63,532 nt of DNA, filler included, from Asterionella formosa (GCA_002256025.1; 3 parts of 3 records of this genome joined end to end with filler, not necessarily neighbours in it); one strand, 5' to 3'. Counted from the first letter of the whole stretch, positions 23,874-36,049 are shown. Numbers and translations: made by a program. The notes: generated by a model from the sequence alone, not told the origin.

Positions 23874-26800
23874 GTTTAGATGTTACTTAGTGGGCCCACT
23901 ACTGAGTATCAAACATTTTCATCAGAGAAGGAGGACACCTCCAGCCACTTCATCATTATATGACCAGCCATTGCTGTACAATGAGGAAAGAAGATTACAT
24001 GAAAGTGTTGGTGATTGCAAAGAGGAGTAGACTTAGCCTCACACTCAAGATGTGGTTGCCTACCTTATCACTGCGTTTTTACCGTGATTTCCTTGTCAGG
24101 TCACCTTAAGGATTTACTATACCAAGTGTCAAGCAACTGTCAATGTCATCTGCCATCTTACTGCATCATTTAAAGCAGCCTCATAAAATAGATGGATTGC
24201 CAGTGAAGGACTCTAGAACCACTCCATATTGAGGCACACTGGTTGTCCTTGATTTTCTCAGTACTCATTCTAAAATAGGTGTGGATATAGTTTGCCTTGG
24301 CTCGGAGGATAGGACAGGCAAGGATAGAAAGAAGTATGATTGCCTATTTTCGGTCTTCATGAGTGTGGAGAATGAGTGATGGGTATACCTTTACTGGGAC
24401 AGGTACTCTCAGGACAGAAATGAGAAAGCGATTCCTGCTCCAGCAATTGTTTTGTCACTCATCAGGTACTTCTAAGCAATCTTTAACCTCTAATCAATTT
24501 CTCAAGTTATTTTTATTTAGGTGCAATATGGGGCAGCACATGAAATTTTTTGGCATTAAAATTGCTGATTTTAGCATGACAGATAGAATAATGGTAATAT
24601 ACATCAAAGTGATGAAACAAGCATCAAAGACGCAAGAATGATTGTAACATACTACAATATCAATGAAAATTGAACATGATGTTTGAAGCAACCAAAGTAT
24701 GATATACAATATAATAGGTAGTGTCAAGTGCGAAATAAATAAAATTGTTTTGGGTAAGAAATTGAGTTAAACATATCAGTTTCCATGAAGACATATGCAG
24801 TGTACTCATAGAACTTATCATCACACAATCGAAGGATTTTTTGAACCATGTAAACAGCTTTCGCCTGATAGTAGTAGACAGGTAGTAGCAGACTCCCCCA
24901 AACAACTCTGATCATTCCATTCTGTGTGTGATTGTCAGGCTGATCCTCTATCAACTCCCTCTATATGATCAGCGATTATTGCTGAATATTGAAACATAGC
25001 TTAAAATACGAAATCTGTGCTGAAAGATATCAAATCGAGGAATTATTTCAAGAAAAGAATGGCTTGGCGGCAATATTGACATCATGGTTAACGACTATAC
25101 AAATCAACAAATAAGATCAACAACAATAAATCTTGAAAAATTAGGCATTGATACATACATCGGCCCTTGCTTACTTAGATATAATCGAACCAAAACGACA
25201 GTACAGAACGACGAAAAAAGATGGAGGCAATTAAAATGGAGAATAGAAGCAATCAAATTGCAAATCAGACAAATAGCATCTATATACCACATTCTGTGTT
25301 TTCACTGTTATACTCACCAATCCGCTCTAACTAGCATAAGAAAGAGCATATGATGGGATCAATCGAAAGTCAAAACATCCCTGTTGCATGCCCGAATTGA
25401 GAAATGGCAGGCAGGATAGAGTGAGAATTACATGAAAGCAACGAAATTTGACACTTTTTTCGAATTTCATCAATGTTCGAGTGGTAATTATGCGGTACTT
25501 CATATGAATTAATGCCACTCCTCACGTACATTAGGTTACTTTTATCGGTTTCATATGAAAGTTTTCACAATAAACTTTGAACTTGAGACTGAAATAGTTA
25601 ATGTGTCAAATTGTTAAAGTATTACCTTTTTTGATAGATCTATATCGTTAGACAAAGAAGACTAAAGATAGAGACGTTTGTTCCTCTTTCCGTTTCTATA
25701 TTCTTATTGTGAGTTTACTAATCTAGTTTAGGTTGTTCGTTTGAACAAACAAACGAACTATTCTCCAAATGCTGTTTGCATTTCTAGAGACATACAATCA
25801 TACTAGATAGACCCATGTCTATCTCACACTTACTGATCATAGGTTTTCAACCATGATCATTCATTTTCAAACTATCGGTCTTCCGAAATAGCTTATATCG
25901 TCCGGCTCATTATAGTTGGAGTAACAAGGTATAATGTGTGGTTGATGAGAGCTTGGTACATCAAAGTTGACTCATTCGAATCGTTTGACTCCGAGTCCTA
26001 ACTACGTAGATGAGCTCACTTTAACATCAAATAACTCATTTCAAACTTCAGCTAAGATCCTGCTTTTGTGGATAGTTCATTTACGAAGTAGTAATAATAT
26101 CTGTTGCATCGTCTAATTTCATGCCTTTAACATCAAATTTTCATGGTTGTGCACATCACATAAAGGAAACATGCTTTTCCGGTAAACAAGCTTACTCTTC
26201 CCAGTTTTAATGTAATGTTTTCCATGCATTCATTGAATTTAAGATGGAATTAATTGAAGTTACAATTTTTCTGAGTGATGAACTAAAGTATAAGCTAATA
26301 TATCATTTATGTATAGACAGTCTTTTGAGCATAAAGATATCGTCAAATATTTATATTCAGGTGATTGTATTTGGATAAAATACGTTTTGTTCATGAATGA
26401 CAATATCCAGTCGTTGAAAACCGGTAATTCTACTCACGAGGTCTTATACGAAGTGGTTTCTAACCGAGAACAACGAGCCAGCCTCGCAATGTGCAATTCC
26501 AGTGCTGCAACCTTAAAACACTTTTGCGCCATTGCACATCAGTTGTTTCAATCACATAAACAATGTTCATTACATTGTTAGTTTACAAATAGAAGGGATT
26601 AATCATGACAAACAAGCCCTACAATATGGATGAACAATGCAAGAACCTATTTTCAAGTGGAGAGGAAAATGAACAAAACAGAGACCGCCAATGCCAAGAA
26701 GAGTCGCATCCACACATCGGGCCACGCAAGACGAGAATGGAAGTTGTTTTGTTTATCTAACTTTCAATTAGTTAAATAAATTGTTTAACAATATCATAAA

Positions 26801-27833
26801 TTAGTCCATCCTGTTCCGTCATGTTGCACTAAGAATGACAAAAACTTTTGCGTACAACAACCAATTAAACCATGTGTGTTTATGTGATAATCTTGCTGTT
26901 TCAGTTCAGCAACACTGTGTCCTTTTCTCTGCATTTTGCTGGCGACAAATAGAAATGAATCCATAGAGCACCATTTCTTTTCTTATTATCCAAAACTCCA
27001 CCATGAACTATATCTCTGCACATGCTGGTGAGAAAGATGAATTTGAATGGCATGGACAATTGTATAGTATGTTTCTGTCCCATACATTTAAGCAGTTCAA
27101 CTTAAGGTTGCGGCCCCGCGCGCAGCTACACATTACAAGGTTCATTTTTTTCTGTTTAGTTCTTGAAAGGGAAAACTCTCATGGCTTTACCTTCCATTGT
27201 TTTCTTTGCAAGCCCATACTAGTATTTTGAAGCGGATTTGAAGAATGTTTGCTGTGATAGCCAAACAGGAGGGTTATATAATTTCTCAGATGTAAAAAAT
27301 GTTTTGCAATGTGTAGGAATGGATCATCATTTTCTTCTGTTCCAAGAAAACATCTGGAAGTTGAGAAAGATCATATGTTCTTGTGGAACTCCATCAATAA
27401 CATATAGGATGTTATCCGTTGTCAACAGTCTTTTAAGAAGCCATAAATTATCTGTCATAAAAGTAAGAAATTCATCAATGGTGGCTGTCTTGTTGGTTGT
27501 TTTATTGTTGTTGTTGTCATGTCACTCAAAATCAAATGGAAAACGGTTCTTCCATAGTCATGTTGCTGGCTGTGTTGTATTCTCAAAATTCCTTGAGACT
27601 GCAAATGATTTTTTGTTAAACAAGCAAGCCAGACTGTAGCACCTTCTTCCTCAATTTACTGAAGACAAAATTGATGACACTGTCATCTATTTGCTAATTT
27701 CCTGTATCAACATGAGAAGTTATATATTGTTTGAAAGATTTGATTGTTTCATCAGCTCCTTCTTGTTGAATAATTGACTGGATGTGTCTGTCAAAAGGTT
27801 TTCGATGGAGACAGGAACGTGAGTCCAAATAAA

Positions 27834-27950
27834 GGAATACGGGAATACTGGTAGGGCACGCCTACTATTCTACAGTGCTGAAGGGGTATACGGTATTCTA
27901 AAAAGAGGAATACGGGAATACTAGGGCAAGCCTGCCTACTATTCGACAGT
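27834..27950. repeat. Imperfect ~44-bp direct repeat (2 copies)
   Basis: ggaatacgggaatact..agggca..gcctactattc(t/g)acagt at 27834 and 27907. Confidence 0.75.
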
Positions 27951-28201
27951 ACCTGGTACCAGGTACTGTTAACCAAGGATGATGTTTTTGACATCACACG
28001 ATCGCCAGAATGCATGCCAGATGTCAAGTCTCGCACTGTACTGGCACAACCGGAGTCTGTTTGATTTTCCGTTGTCGGTGCACTCTATTGTATGCTATCT
28101 ACCAGTAACAGTCTGAATGCTCTGCAACCTGATCATCATACATCATTTTATGAATCAGGAGGAATAGTTCCAGCCCAGCCAAACCAAACGCCAACAAAAC
28201 C

Positions 28202-29002
28202 ATGAAGCAATCACTGAACGTCCCCCTATTGGTGGCGCTGGTACTGGTGTTTCACCATTGCTTATTAGTACCATCCGTGGATGCCTTTTCTGTCAGATTG
28301 CCAGTCACTAGTACTGCCTCATCCTCCTCTATCCACCGTCCATTGTTGGTTTCGTCGGAGCCATCGTCGTCATTCAACGATCCTGATTGTGACTCACGGC
28401 CACGGAATACCATTCGATCCAAACTTCGAGACATGACAGGATTTTCTCTCACAGCTCTCCGGGCCACATTTCGAGGTGTCACTGGCATTTCATTGTCCGC
28501 AATCTGTGCGGCTTGTGGAGCCGCAACATCAGGTGTGGTTCGTAATACCATGGCCTTGCTATTGAAACCAATCCCAACATGGGCTCGATACTTTATCCAA
28601 CCCTTTTTAATCATGTACTACGTTCCACTTTTTATGATACGAACCATGGCAGATCGAAAGTCTATTCGAGATAAACAAACCACACATGATGCTTTAATAT
28701 CGGATTGGAAAATGGCTATTGACACAGCAAGGACCAAGGTGGGAACCGAAGGGTATTGGCCTGTCAAGGTGAATGGTAAGATTTAAAACATGACATTCAA
28801 ATTTCTATTACTGATGGATGCACTCACACACCCAACTCCTCGACTCCTACCATGTAAAATAGACGAGGGAGACATTGAAATGGTGGCATCCACTGATCCA
28901 AACATGCCTGTTTTGGATTTGAATTCGGCAGTGGTTGAGTCGATTGAATTGGCCCTGCAGTCCAGGGAAGGAGGAAGTCATGCAGGTGGCTGTGACATAT
29001 GA
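28202..29002 (+). CDS. Hypothetical plastid-targeted membrane protein, 2 exons 28202-28775 + 28863-29002
   Basis: Signal peptide ending VDA-FSV and Ser-rich transit peptide. GT-AG intron 28776-28862 gives in-frame ...WPVKVN|DEGDIEMV. Confidence 0.8.
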
Positions 29003-29198
29003 ACGAAACGAATTCAGAAATTTCTATTTGATTTTGAGACTGAATTTTGAGGTAGCGAATCCAATTCTTGGAGCTAATTAATGCTAAACTATATATAATG
29101 ATTTTTGCCACAGCGATATCGAATATTCTGTTGGGATCTAATATCCTACTTTTTACAAAAGTGCCATGTTTTCCATTTAACTCTTCCACATATAGGAC

Positions 29199-30727
29199 TT
29201 AAACACCTGGATTCAGTCCAAGATCTTCACACAGTGACACAATCAACTTTCGCTGCAATTCGTCCTTGATACCATGAATCTTTAATCCTCTCACTTTCAA
29301 TGCATCTTGCAACTGAGATAGTTTCATTTCACCCACCGATTGTTGTATAGAAGCCAATACCACTTGATCTGTGGTGGATGGAGGATCTTCCTTGATACCA
29401 CTACGACTGTTGCTGTATAAGTTGTTGTCCTCGTTGTCTGCTTCAAAGGCATCATCATCATACCAATCTCGTATAGACATGTGTAACATTGGTAATGCAT
29501 GAATAATATCATCACCATTGGCATTGGGACATAATTCTAATGCCTTTTTCATACATTCCTTGGATTCATCTACATCTCCAATTGCATCATAGTGTAGACC
29601 TAGATAAAACCATGATGTGAGTTTCCACAATTTCCGATCCAATCCCATACCTCCAGTTCCACAAATGGCTCGAAGTTTGGCTCTGGCCAAGACAACTCCA
29701 ACTGTATTGTCGTTGAGAGTAGAAGAGAATAATTCCTTTGCAATTCGAATGACTTTTCTATTTTTGTTGTTGGTAACAATGAAACATGAGTGTGCTTGTA
29801 TGGTTAGTTTTCTTGTTCATTCGTCTCATCTTCATGTTACATTCTTTTTTTGCAAGAAACAAGAATATAAAAAAGACTCACCTTGTTTCTGGTGCATCCA
29901 AATCATTCATGACTTGTGGAAAGAGTGTATCATTTTTATTTTGTTGTTGAGTATTGTATTTGATTTGACATGCATCTCTCCAAATACGTTCTTCTGATGC
30001 TGGTAATCCAAATTTTGCTTCTGCTAAACTTGCACATTGACACATTATTGTGGCTCCCTGTATGTATTCACCAAGATAATATTTTGGAATGACTGCTTGC
30101 CATAAGTAGGCTGTGGGACGTAGTTCAAAAACTTTATCAAAGGAACAGGATGCATCATGTAATTGAAACTAATGATAATAAATGTGTTTTTGTATAAATG
30201 ATGTGATGCGAAATGTGAGTGAAAGAAAGCAAGGAACCCATCATGAGACATGGGAGATTCTCTTGTCATGATTTCATGGGCAACAAGACCCAAAACCAAG
30301 AAATGTATTCAAAACATACCATTTTTAATGCAGCCATTCCAGTTTCTGTCCATCGAAATACTTCTTGTTCAACTTTCGATGCATGTTTCATCCATTCTTC
30401 TGTAGTGGCAGATGGATTGAGTTGATAATCCTTGGCACCTGGAATAGCTGATGTTTTCCCAGGAACAACCTCTTGCTGACGATCCTTTCGTCGTACTTCT
30501 TCATCTCGTCGTTCACGTTTCGCAGTAGTTAATGGAGTATTTGTGTCCTTTTTGATTTGAAAGAGGGGGCGGAAATTTGGAATGTTTTTTGACGAATGCA
30601 TTAGTTGTGTCGACGGAACAAAGGCCTGGATAGTCATGGGCAAGAGTAAAAACGTAGGACACAGAACACTGGAAAGGATAATGACTAACAGTACTTGCGT
30701 GGCTCTTCCTTCATGACTCGAGTACAT
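29199..30727 (-). CDS. Plastid-targeted TPR (NlpI-like) protein with C-terminal SAP domain, 3 exons 30727-30320, 30168-29882, 29757-29199
   Basis: Presequence ending IQA-FVP. Exon 2 (absent from the ORF track) reads FDKVFELRPTAYLWQAVIPKYYLG..EERIWRDAC; exon 3 has WFYLGLHYDAIGD and SAP-like MKLSQLQDALKVRGLKIHGIKDELQRKL. Both introns are GT-AG and frame-consistent. Confidence 0.85.
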
Positions 30728-30736
30728 GTTGTTGCT

Positions 30737-30836
30737 NNNNNNNNNNNNNNNNNNNNNNNNNNNNNNNNNNNNNNNNNNNNTTAATTAATTAANNNNNNNN
30801 NNNNNNNNNNNNNNNNNNNNNNNNNNNNNNNNNNNN
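30737..30836. other. Artificial scaffold/contig spacer (N44-TTAATTAATTAA-N44)
   Basis: N-padded six-frame-stop linker, identical to the one at 61502-61601. Confidence 0.95.
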
Positions 30837-30970
30837 GTTGGATCAGCAGTAGACAACTCAACAATATCTTCGACGTCCTCATCAGCTACAACGCATTGCT
30901 TCTCTTCCGAATCAATGCGAATAGAGGCAGCATCAGAAGTTTCAGCCGTACCCACTACTTTGCTGCTCAT
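30837..30970 (-). CDS. Partial gene 5' end truncated by the assembly gap
   Basis: ATG-initiated acidic ORF MSSKVVGTAETSDAA... runs into the Ns. Confidence 0.5.
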
Positions 30971-31170
30971 TGCGCCAATTAATCGAGATATAGTCGATGT
31001 CGGAAGATTGGTATAGAGATGAGCGGACTACTGATTCTTGTATGACTCACGAAGCTGAAAGGTAATGTATACAGAGTACCGTAGTATATATATAACAAAA
31101 AATAGTTGGCGCAATATTTAATAGTGTTGTGCTTGCGTATTTACAGTTATTTTATCAGTGGCAACGGACG

Positions 31171-31341
31171 TGATACACAGTGATCAACGGCTTGATCAGT
31201 GATACAGCATTGGTCAGGGGTCCAAAAACTGTATCAGTGATACACCCATGATACACCGGTGATCAGACCAAAAAAACCGTTGGTGATACACAAAAAAAAA
31301 CCAAACCGCCATTTTTGTATCATATTTCGGCGATGATACAC
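31171..31341. repeat. Cluster of TGATAC(AC) motifs
   Basis: Six forward copies (31171, 31200, 31238, 31249, 31284, 31334) and two reverse copies (31230, 31316) in ~170 bp. Confidence 0.75.
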
Positions 31342-31547
31342 CAATGACAACAAATAACAGAATGATAAGAACGGCCCTTAGAGGAACTTGCTGCCGAGCA
31401 GAGCATTTTGACTACCGGTACCAGTTACCAGGTACCGCCCAGGAGGTACCTGGTACCCGGTACCCGGTACCAGGTACCGTTCAGGCAGTGGGACCATGTA
31501 CCGGTACCTGTTATCGACTACGACGTCATTGCGCTTTCGAATACACT

Positions 31548-31955
31548 ATGCGTCCGAAGAATTCGGTGATGATGCAAGCGGAAAAAGGATGAAGTACAGG
31601 TTCCAGGGTACCTGGTACCGATAGTACCTGGTACTGTATCGCACATAAACGATGAAGGAATGCGAAAAGTATTTCTGGAGTAAACGTAGTAAAAATAATC
31701 ACGGTTTGGGGGGAAATGTATACATGTACAGACAGAAAAATATGCACTGTAAGCCACCGCAATGCAACACTCTTTATGACTTTGAAAATCTTCATGGCTC
31801 AATACACTGAATCAAACTGATTCCTGATTTGTTGAGGAGAGTGCATTGTCAAACATACACTTAGTACTTGCATCAGGTTTCGATTGATAAATTACTTATA
31901 TTTTTTCAGTTGGAAGATGGAGTCAAATAATATTGGCTTACAGTTTTTAAGTGGT
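31548..31955 (+). repeat. Left arm of diverged inverted repeat (partner 34323-34690)
   Basis: Shared blocks such as agaaaaatatgcactgtaagccac, gtacttgcatca and tggaagat.gagt.aaataa.a.tggctt.cagtttttaag. Confidence 0.85.
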
Positions 31956-32249
31956 AGTAGGATGATATAGCAGATGAAGGCCAAATGAACAGTAACAGAT
32001 CTTTCAAACACGCAACCTTTGCTGTAGTTGATGTTTATAGAAGCTGGGTTGTTTTAGCTTTTTTTTTCTACATGTAGGAAAAACTTCTTCAAGTTCACCA
32101 AAATTTTAGTGCAGCCTTGCAATAAGCAAACGCCTATAGTACTTTATGTTACTCCTTGCTTATTTTGGAAAAATTGGCCATTGGGATACCCCTCAAGCTC
32201 AACAACAACCATGAGAAAGCCATTAGCAATAAGAAGCAATATATGAGTG

Positions 32250-32462
32250 ATGAATCTCCACAAAATTATTAAATCACCATGATTTATTGATTTTCGCCTT
32301 CTTCATCTCTTGGCGAATCTTGGCAGCTTTCCAGATTATGATGAAAGCTTAAATCTCGAATGCTGTCAAGGTTTGCCAAGAGATGAAGAAGTTGAAAATC
32401 GAAATGACAGCAATCGACCCCCCCCCCTCAATTTGCATTGCTTGATTGGCATCACGAAACAA
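32250..32462 (-). repeat. Dispersed hairpin-containing repeat, copy 2 (long stem 32289-32400)
   Basis: 39-bp arms 32289-32327 and 32362-32400 with 5 mismatches; flanks homologous to 13422-13576. Confidence 0.85.
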
Positions 32463-33194
32463 GTTAATTTAGCTAAGATGATAAAAGACTAATAAAGATT
32501 CTTTTTATTTACAATGATTTTTTATTGCCTTTTCGTCTACAAACGTTTGAAGCAGAGGTTGCATGTCCAAACGGAATCTGGGATACGACTCAAATATTTC
32601 CGTACTTGGTACCTTGGCACTACGGGTAAGCACCATTGTCGGTTTCTTCGTAACATAAGTACGGTAGTATTTGCTTCCATCAAAATGATACGACAGTCCG
32701 TGCTTAACGACAAAACCAGACTTGAGCGTGGTTGCATGTAGGCGTGAGTACATTATTTTCAAAAAGATTAAAGATAAGAATGAAATAAAAGCAACTGCGC
32801 TTCCACCCTCGTCAGTGAATGCTCCAGTAGATGGGATTTCCGAGGTATCAGTACCACAAGGAGGAATGCAAATGCAATTCTGCAGGTTGTTTGGGCAAAC
32901 AAAATGCGAATCAAACAATGGGATCTGATGGTGAGCGCATTCGAGCTCATTTCAAGAATTTGGCCGGATCGGCAAACGTTCATCCTATGGCCAGCAATTG
33001 AGATAACATAGCATCTTGGAGGTTTTTTAGGTAAATCAAATAGATTCAGTTTGCATACCGGTAATCTTGTCACTGTATGGATGTAGCAGTATGTATATTG
33101 CCACTTCACCCACAGCAACAACTTGCCTGCATTGAAGCAATATATATATATTGCGTCTTGCATTTTGTTTAAAGGTAGTTAGGCCATACTAGTA

Positions 33195-33665
33195 TTAGTC
33201 GAATTCTCCTATTTTATGTTCCAGGTCCTCTGTGTTACCATTCCCAACTCTTCCTAGAAAATGATCCCACGAAATCCACTGTCCCAATGCACCATAATAC
33301 TCATCCGGTCGAGCGGGTATATATGCATTCCTTTTCTCGCCCATATTGATCCACTCCCTCCAATCCTCTTCACTGTCCCATCGATGCCAAGCCATGACCC
33401 ATTTCCGACACTCATCGTATGCCAGATGCCGTGGTTTGGATCGGAGAAATGACTTTGTGTGTGCCTCTTCCAACTTGGCCTTGGCAAGTCTCCACTGCAA
33501 ATCTGGAATCAGCTCTCCATCTTCTCCTGCTCCTTCTGAAAACTCTTCGTCAAAACAGGAGGAATCGCTCTTGTTGCAGAGGAACGTCAGCATGGACCGC
33601 CGGCAAACAATCGAAAGATACTCACCCTGGAACCCATGTGCCAAACCCACCATGCACACGCACAT
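33195..33665 (-). CDS. Probable plastid protein with a Trp-rich integrase-repeat-like domain
   Basis: Motif LAYDECRKWV..WDSEEDWREWI..IPARPDEYY...WISWDHFLG; presequence ending AHG-FQ; first in-frame ATG at 33665. Confidence 0.75.
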   Translation of the reverse strand: MCVCMVGLAHGFQGEYLSIVCRRSMLTFLCNKSDSSCFDEEFSEGAGEDGELIPDLQWRLAKAKLEEAHTKSFLRSKPRHLAYDECRKWVMAWHRWDSEEDWREWINMGEKRNAYIPARPDEYYGALGQWISWDHFLGRVGNGNTEDLEHKIGEFD

Positions 33666-33688
33666 CAAAAACAGAAAACAAGGGGAAT

Positions 33689-34083
33689 TTACTCTTGAAT
33701 ACCAAGAGCTTCCAATATATCTTCGCGTGCCTTGACGCGGTTTATCAACTTGCCATCCACTACGATGTTGGGACCGTATCCGCACTCGCCCTATAAGAAC
33801 AAAATGAGTTTTTTGCTACCGGCATAAATGTTGATTGTTTTTTAAATAAGCTTACCTGGCAATCGCACTTGTTCACTTCCATGTCCACACCCTTTTCTTC
33901 TAAAATCTCGGTAATCAGCTTTTCGAGACGAGGCCCACCTCCTGCCCGTTTGCAATCCTTGAAGCCACAAACTTCCACTTCCGCCATTGATAATAACGTC
34001 TGAGGTTGGCGACAATGACGCGGCACGACAAACCCCATGCAGGCTGTGGCCAATGTTACCAATAATAAGAGACTGCATCGCAT
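33689..34083 (-). CDS. Plastid thioredoxin-like [2Fe-2S] ferredoxin, 2 exons 34083-33856 + 33790-33689
   Basis: Presequence CMG-FVV. VEVCGFKDCKRAGG...CDCQ|GECGYGPNIVVDG supplies the four Cys across GT-AG intron 33855-33791. Confidence 0.88.
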
Positions 34084-34322
34084 GGTGGATACTAGATACT
34101 AGCAACGATAGGCGACTGTATACAGCTAAATGAGAAGACGACTCAAATGAGAACTTCACAAACACATCAATGCCTGCTGTGGAAAATGGTGAGAAAAGAA
34201 TAAATATTAATGATCGATTTTGCTGGTGCGTGTCGGTCGTCATCGTCATCACATCCTTGTTAAACGATACATACGGTCTCTCCTGTACCCTGGTACCTGG
34301 TACCCGGAGCACCTGGCACGGA

Positions 34323-36035
34323 TACCTCCTTAAAAACTGCAAGCCAGTGTTATTTTACTCTATCTTCCAGCTCTAAACATTTATGCATCAAAACTTGATG
34401 CAAGTACAAATTTTATGTTAGACGATGCTCTCTGCTATACAATTAATGAATCAGTTTTGATTCTGTGCATTGAGCATGAAGATATAATTTTTTCAAAGTC
34501 AATAAGATTGTCGCATAGCAGTGGCTTACAGTGCATATTTTTCTATCTGTATATGTATGCATTTTCCTCCCAAACTGTGTTTATTTTTACTTGGTTCATA
34601 CTACAAAAATTCTTTTCTTTTTACTTTACTTATCGTATTACACTTTTGCAGGGCAGCATCATCATTGGAGAATTCTTCTGATGGATTACATAAATCACAA
34701 GCTTTGCTTCCAATTACTTGCGGAGTCTCAAACTTCATCACAGTATGGTGGATTGACAGTAGCAGTCATACAGAAGAAAGAATGGCAACAGGAGGAGGTG
34801 CAGCAACAACAAACACAGCAGGAGGAGGTGTTGTATGGAGATGGAATGTCGGCTGCTGGTCACCATGGTGATTGGTGTCATCAAATCTTGTAATTGGAGC
34901 TTGCCTTGTTTGTGGAACTGGCAAATCACCTAATTGTTTGTACCAACATACCATTTATTTCAATTCAGCCACAGAGTCTGCTCCTTCAATTTAAGTTCTT
35001 TTCCACAAAGTGTATTGAATTCATGTTGCCGTGTTTTTTTTCACTAATGACGATGTCCAAAATTCGCTTCCATTCCAGTGTAGCAGCAAGAATATTAGGC
35101 CCAAGGGCAAAGGTTTGTGCAGAGGCCAGTACTAGTCCTGCTGTTATCCTCTTCTTGTGTCCCTCAATAATGTTGGAATCCGTTGTCTCCTTTCTCTTTC
35201 TAGCATGGGCCTCCCGGTCGATTTTATTTTGCGCATCCTCATGTTTGCAAAAGTTGCTAATTCTTCCAACAATAGTTACAGCAAAGCCAATTTGGAGGTT
35301 GACCCATCAGGAGGGAGAGCGACAGTAGCTTTTGTGGGCACACTGATTTTCTGTTGTGGTTGGATTAATTAAATGTAATTGTCTTGATTGTATTTGCCTC
35401 CAAATTTCCCCAGGTAAGCGCACCATTGTCTCCAGTTTTATATGCTGAAGTGCCCATTGTTAACTGACTATTATAAGAATGCTCACTCACACCTTCATTG
35501 CTTTCATCCTCTTCCTCCTCGACAAATTAATATGAATTATGAATAAGATTGCTGAAAAAACAAGTCAAAGCTTCCATCAGTGTTTCAAGAGAAGTGGTTT
35601 AGTAGGGCCACAAAGTTCAGGTGTGAATGTAGACATGGGTGCAGTTGATGGTTGAATCAGGTACCAACAAGAAGTAGTATACATAGTAGTAGAATTTACT
35701 TTTATTGCACTTCGTTTTAACTCATTATCCACTTGGTTAACAGATATTTAAGAGAAATTGTGTTGCTTAGCTAATACTGTCCCAGAAATAGCACTGTAAG
35801 ACATTTTTCCACCATTGTTAGCCTTCTTAGCTTCTAGCTCCCTATTCAAATGTTGTAGTCAAGGCAAATCTGAACGCTGTCTGGCTCTTCATGAGTTAAT
35901 TTCTTTCGAGACAAGACTTTGCCTTATAGAGGTGCTTTCCGGGTCATGATGATTGGTATTGTGGTTGGTGATGTGTGATTGTTGTGCTTGCATTTAAATT
36001 TTGTATCTAAAAATTCGGGCGCGCCAGGAAGTATC
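34323..36035 (-). mobile_element. Decayed, internally deleted pogo/Tigger-like (DDE_1) DNA transposon; its 3' part is the right arm of the inverted repeat
   Basis: Minus-strand relic reads NLQIGFAVTIVGRI..AHARKRKE..KKRITAGLVLASAQTFALGPNIL and, upstream, AKKANNGGKC..AISGTV..NQVDNELKR. These resemble from memory the C- and N-terminal parts of diatom DDE_1 transposases; many stops and no DDE core seen. Confidence 0.45.
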
Positions 36036-36049
36036 TTTTTTATTGCCTG

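Noticed and set aside
30781..30792. TTAATTAATTAA palindrome (also 61546-61557) as a biological site
   Set aside because: Artificial linker padded by 44 Ns on each side; adjacency across it is unreliable
32505..32918. 137-aa minus-strand ORF inside the inverted repeat
   Set aside because: Non-ATG start and no recognisable family; may be a decayed fragment
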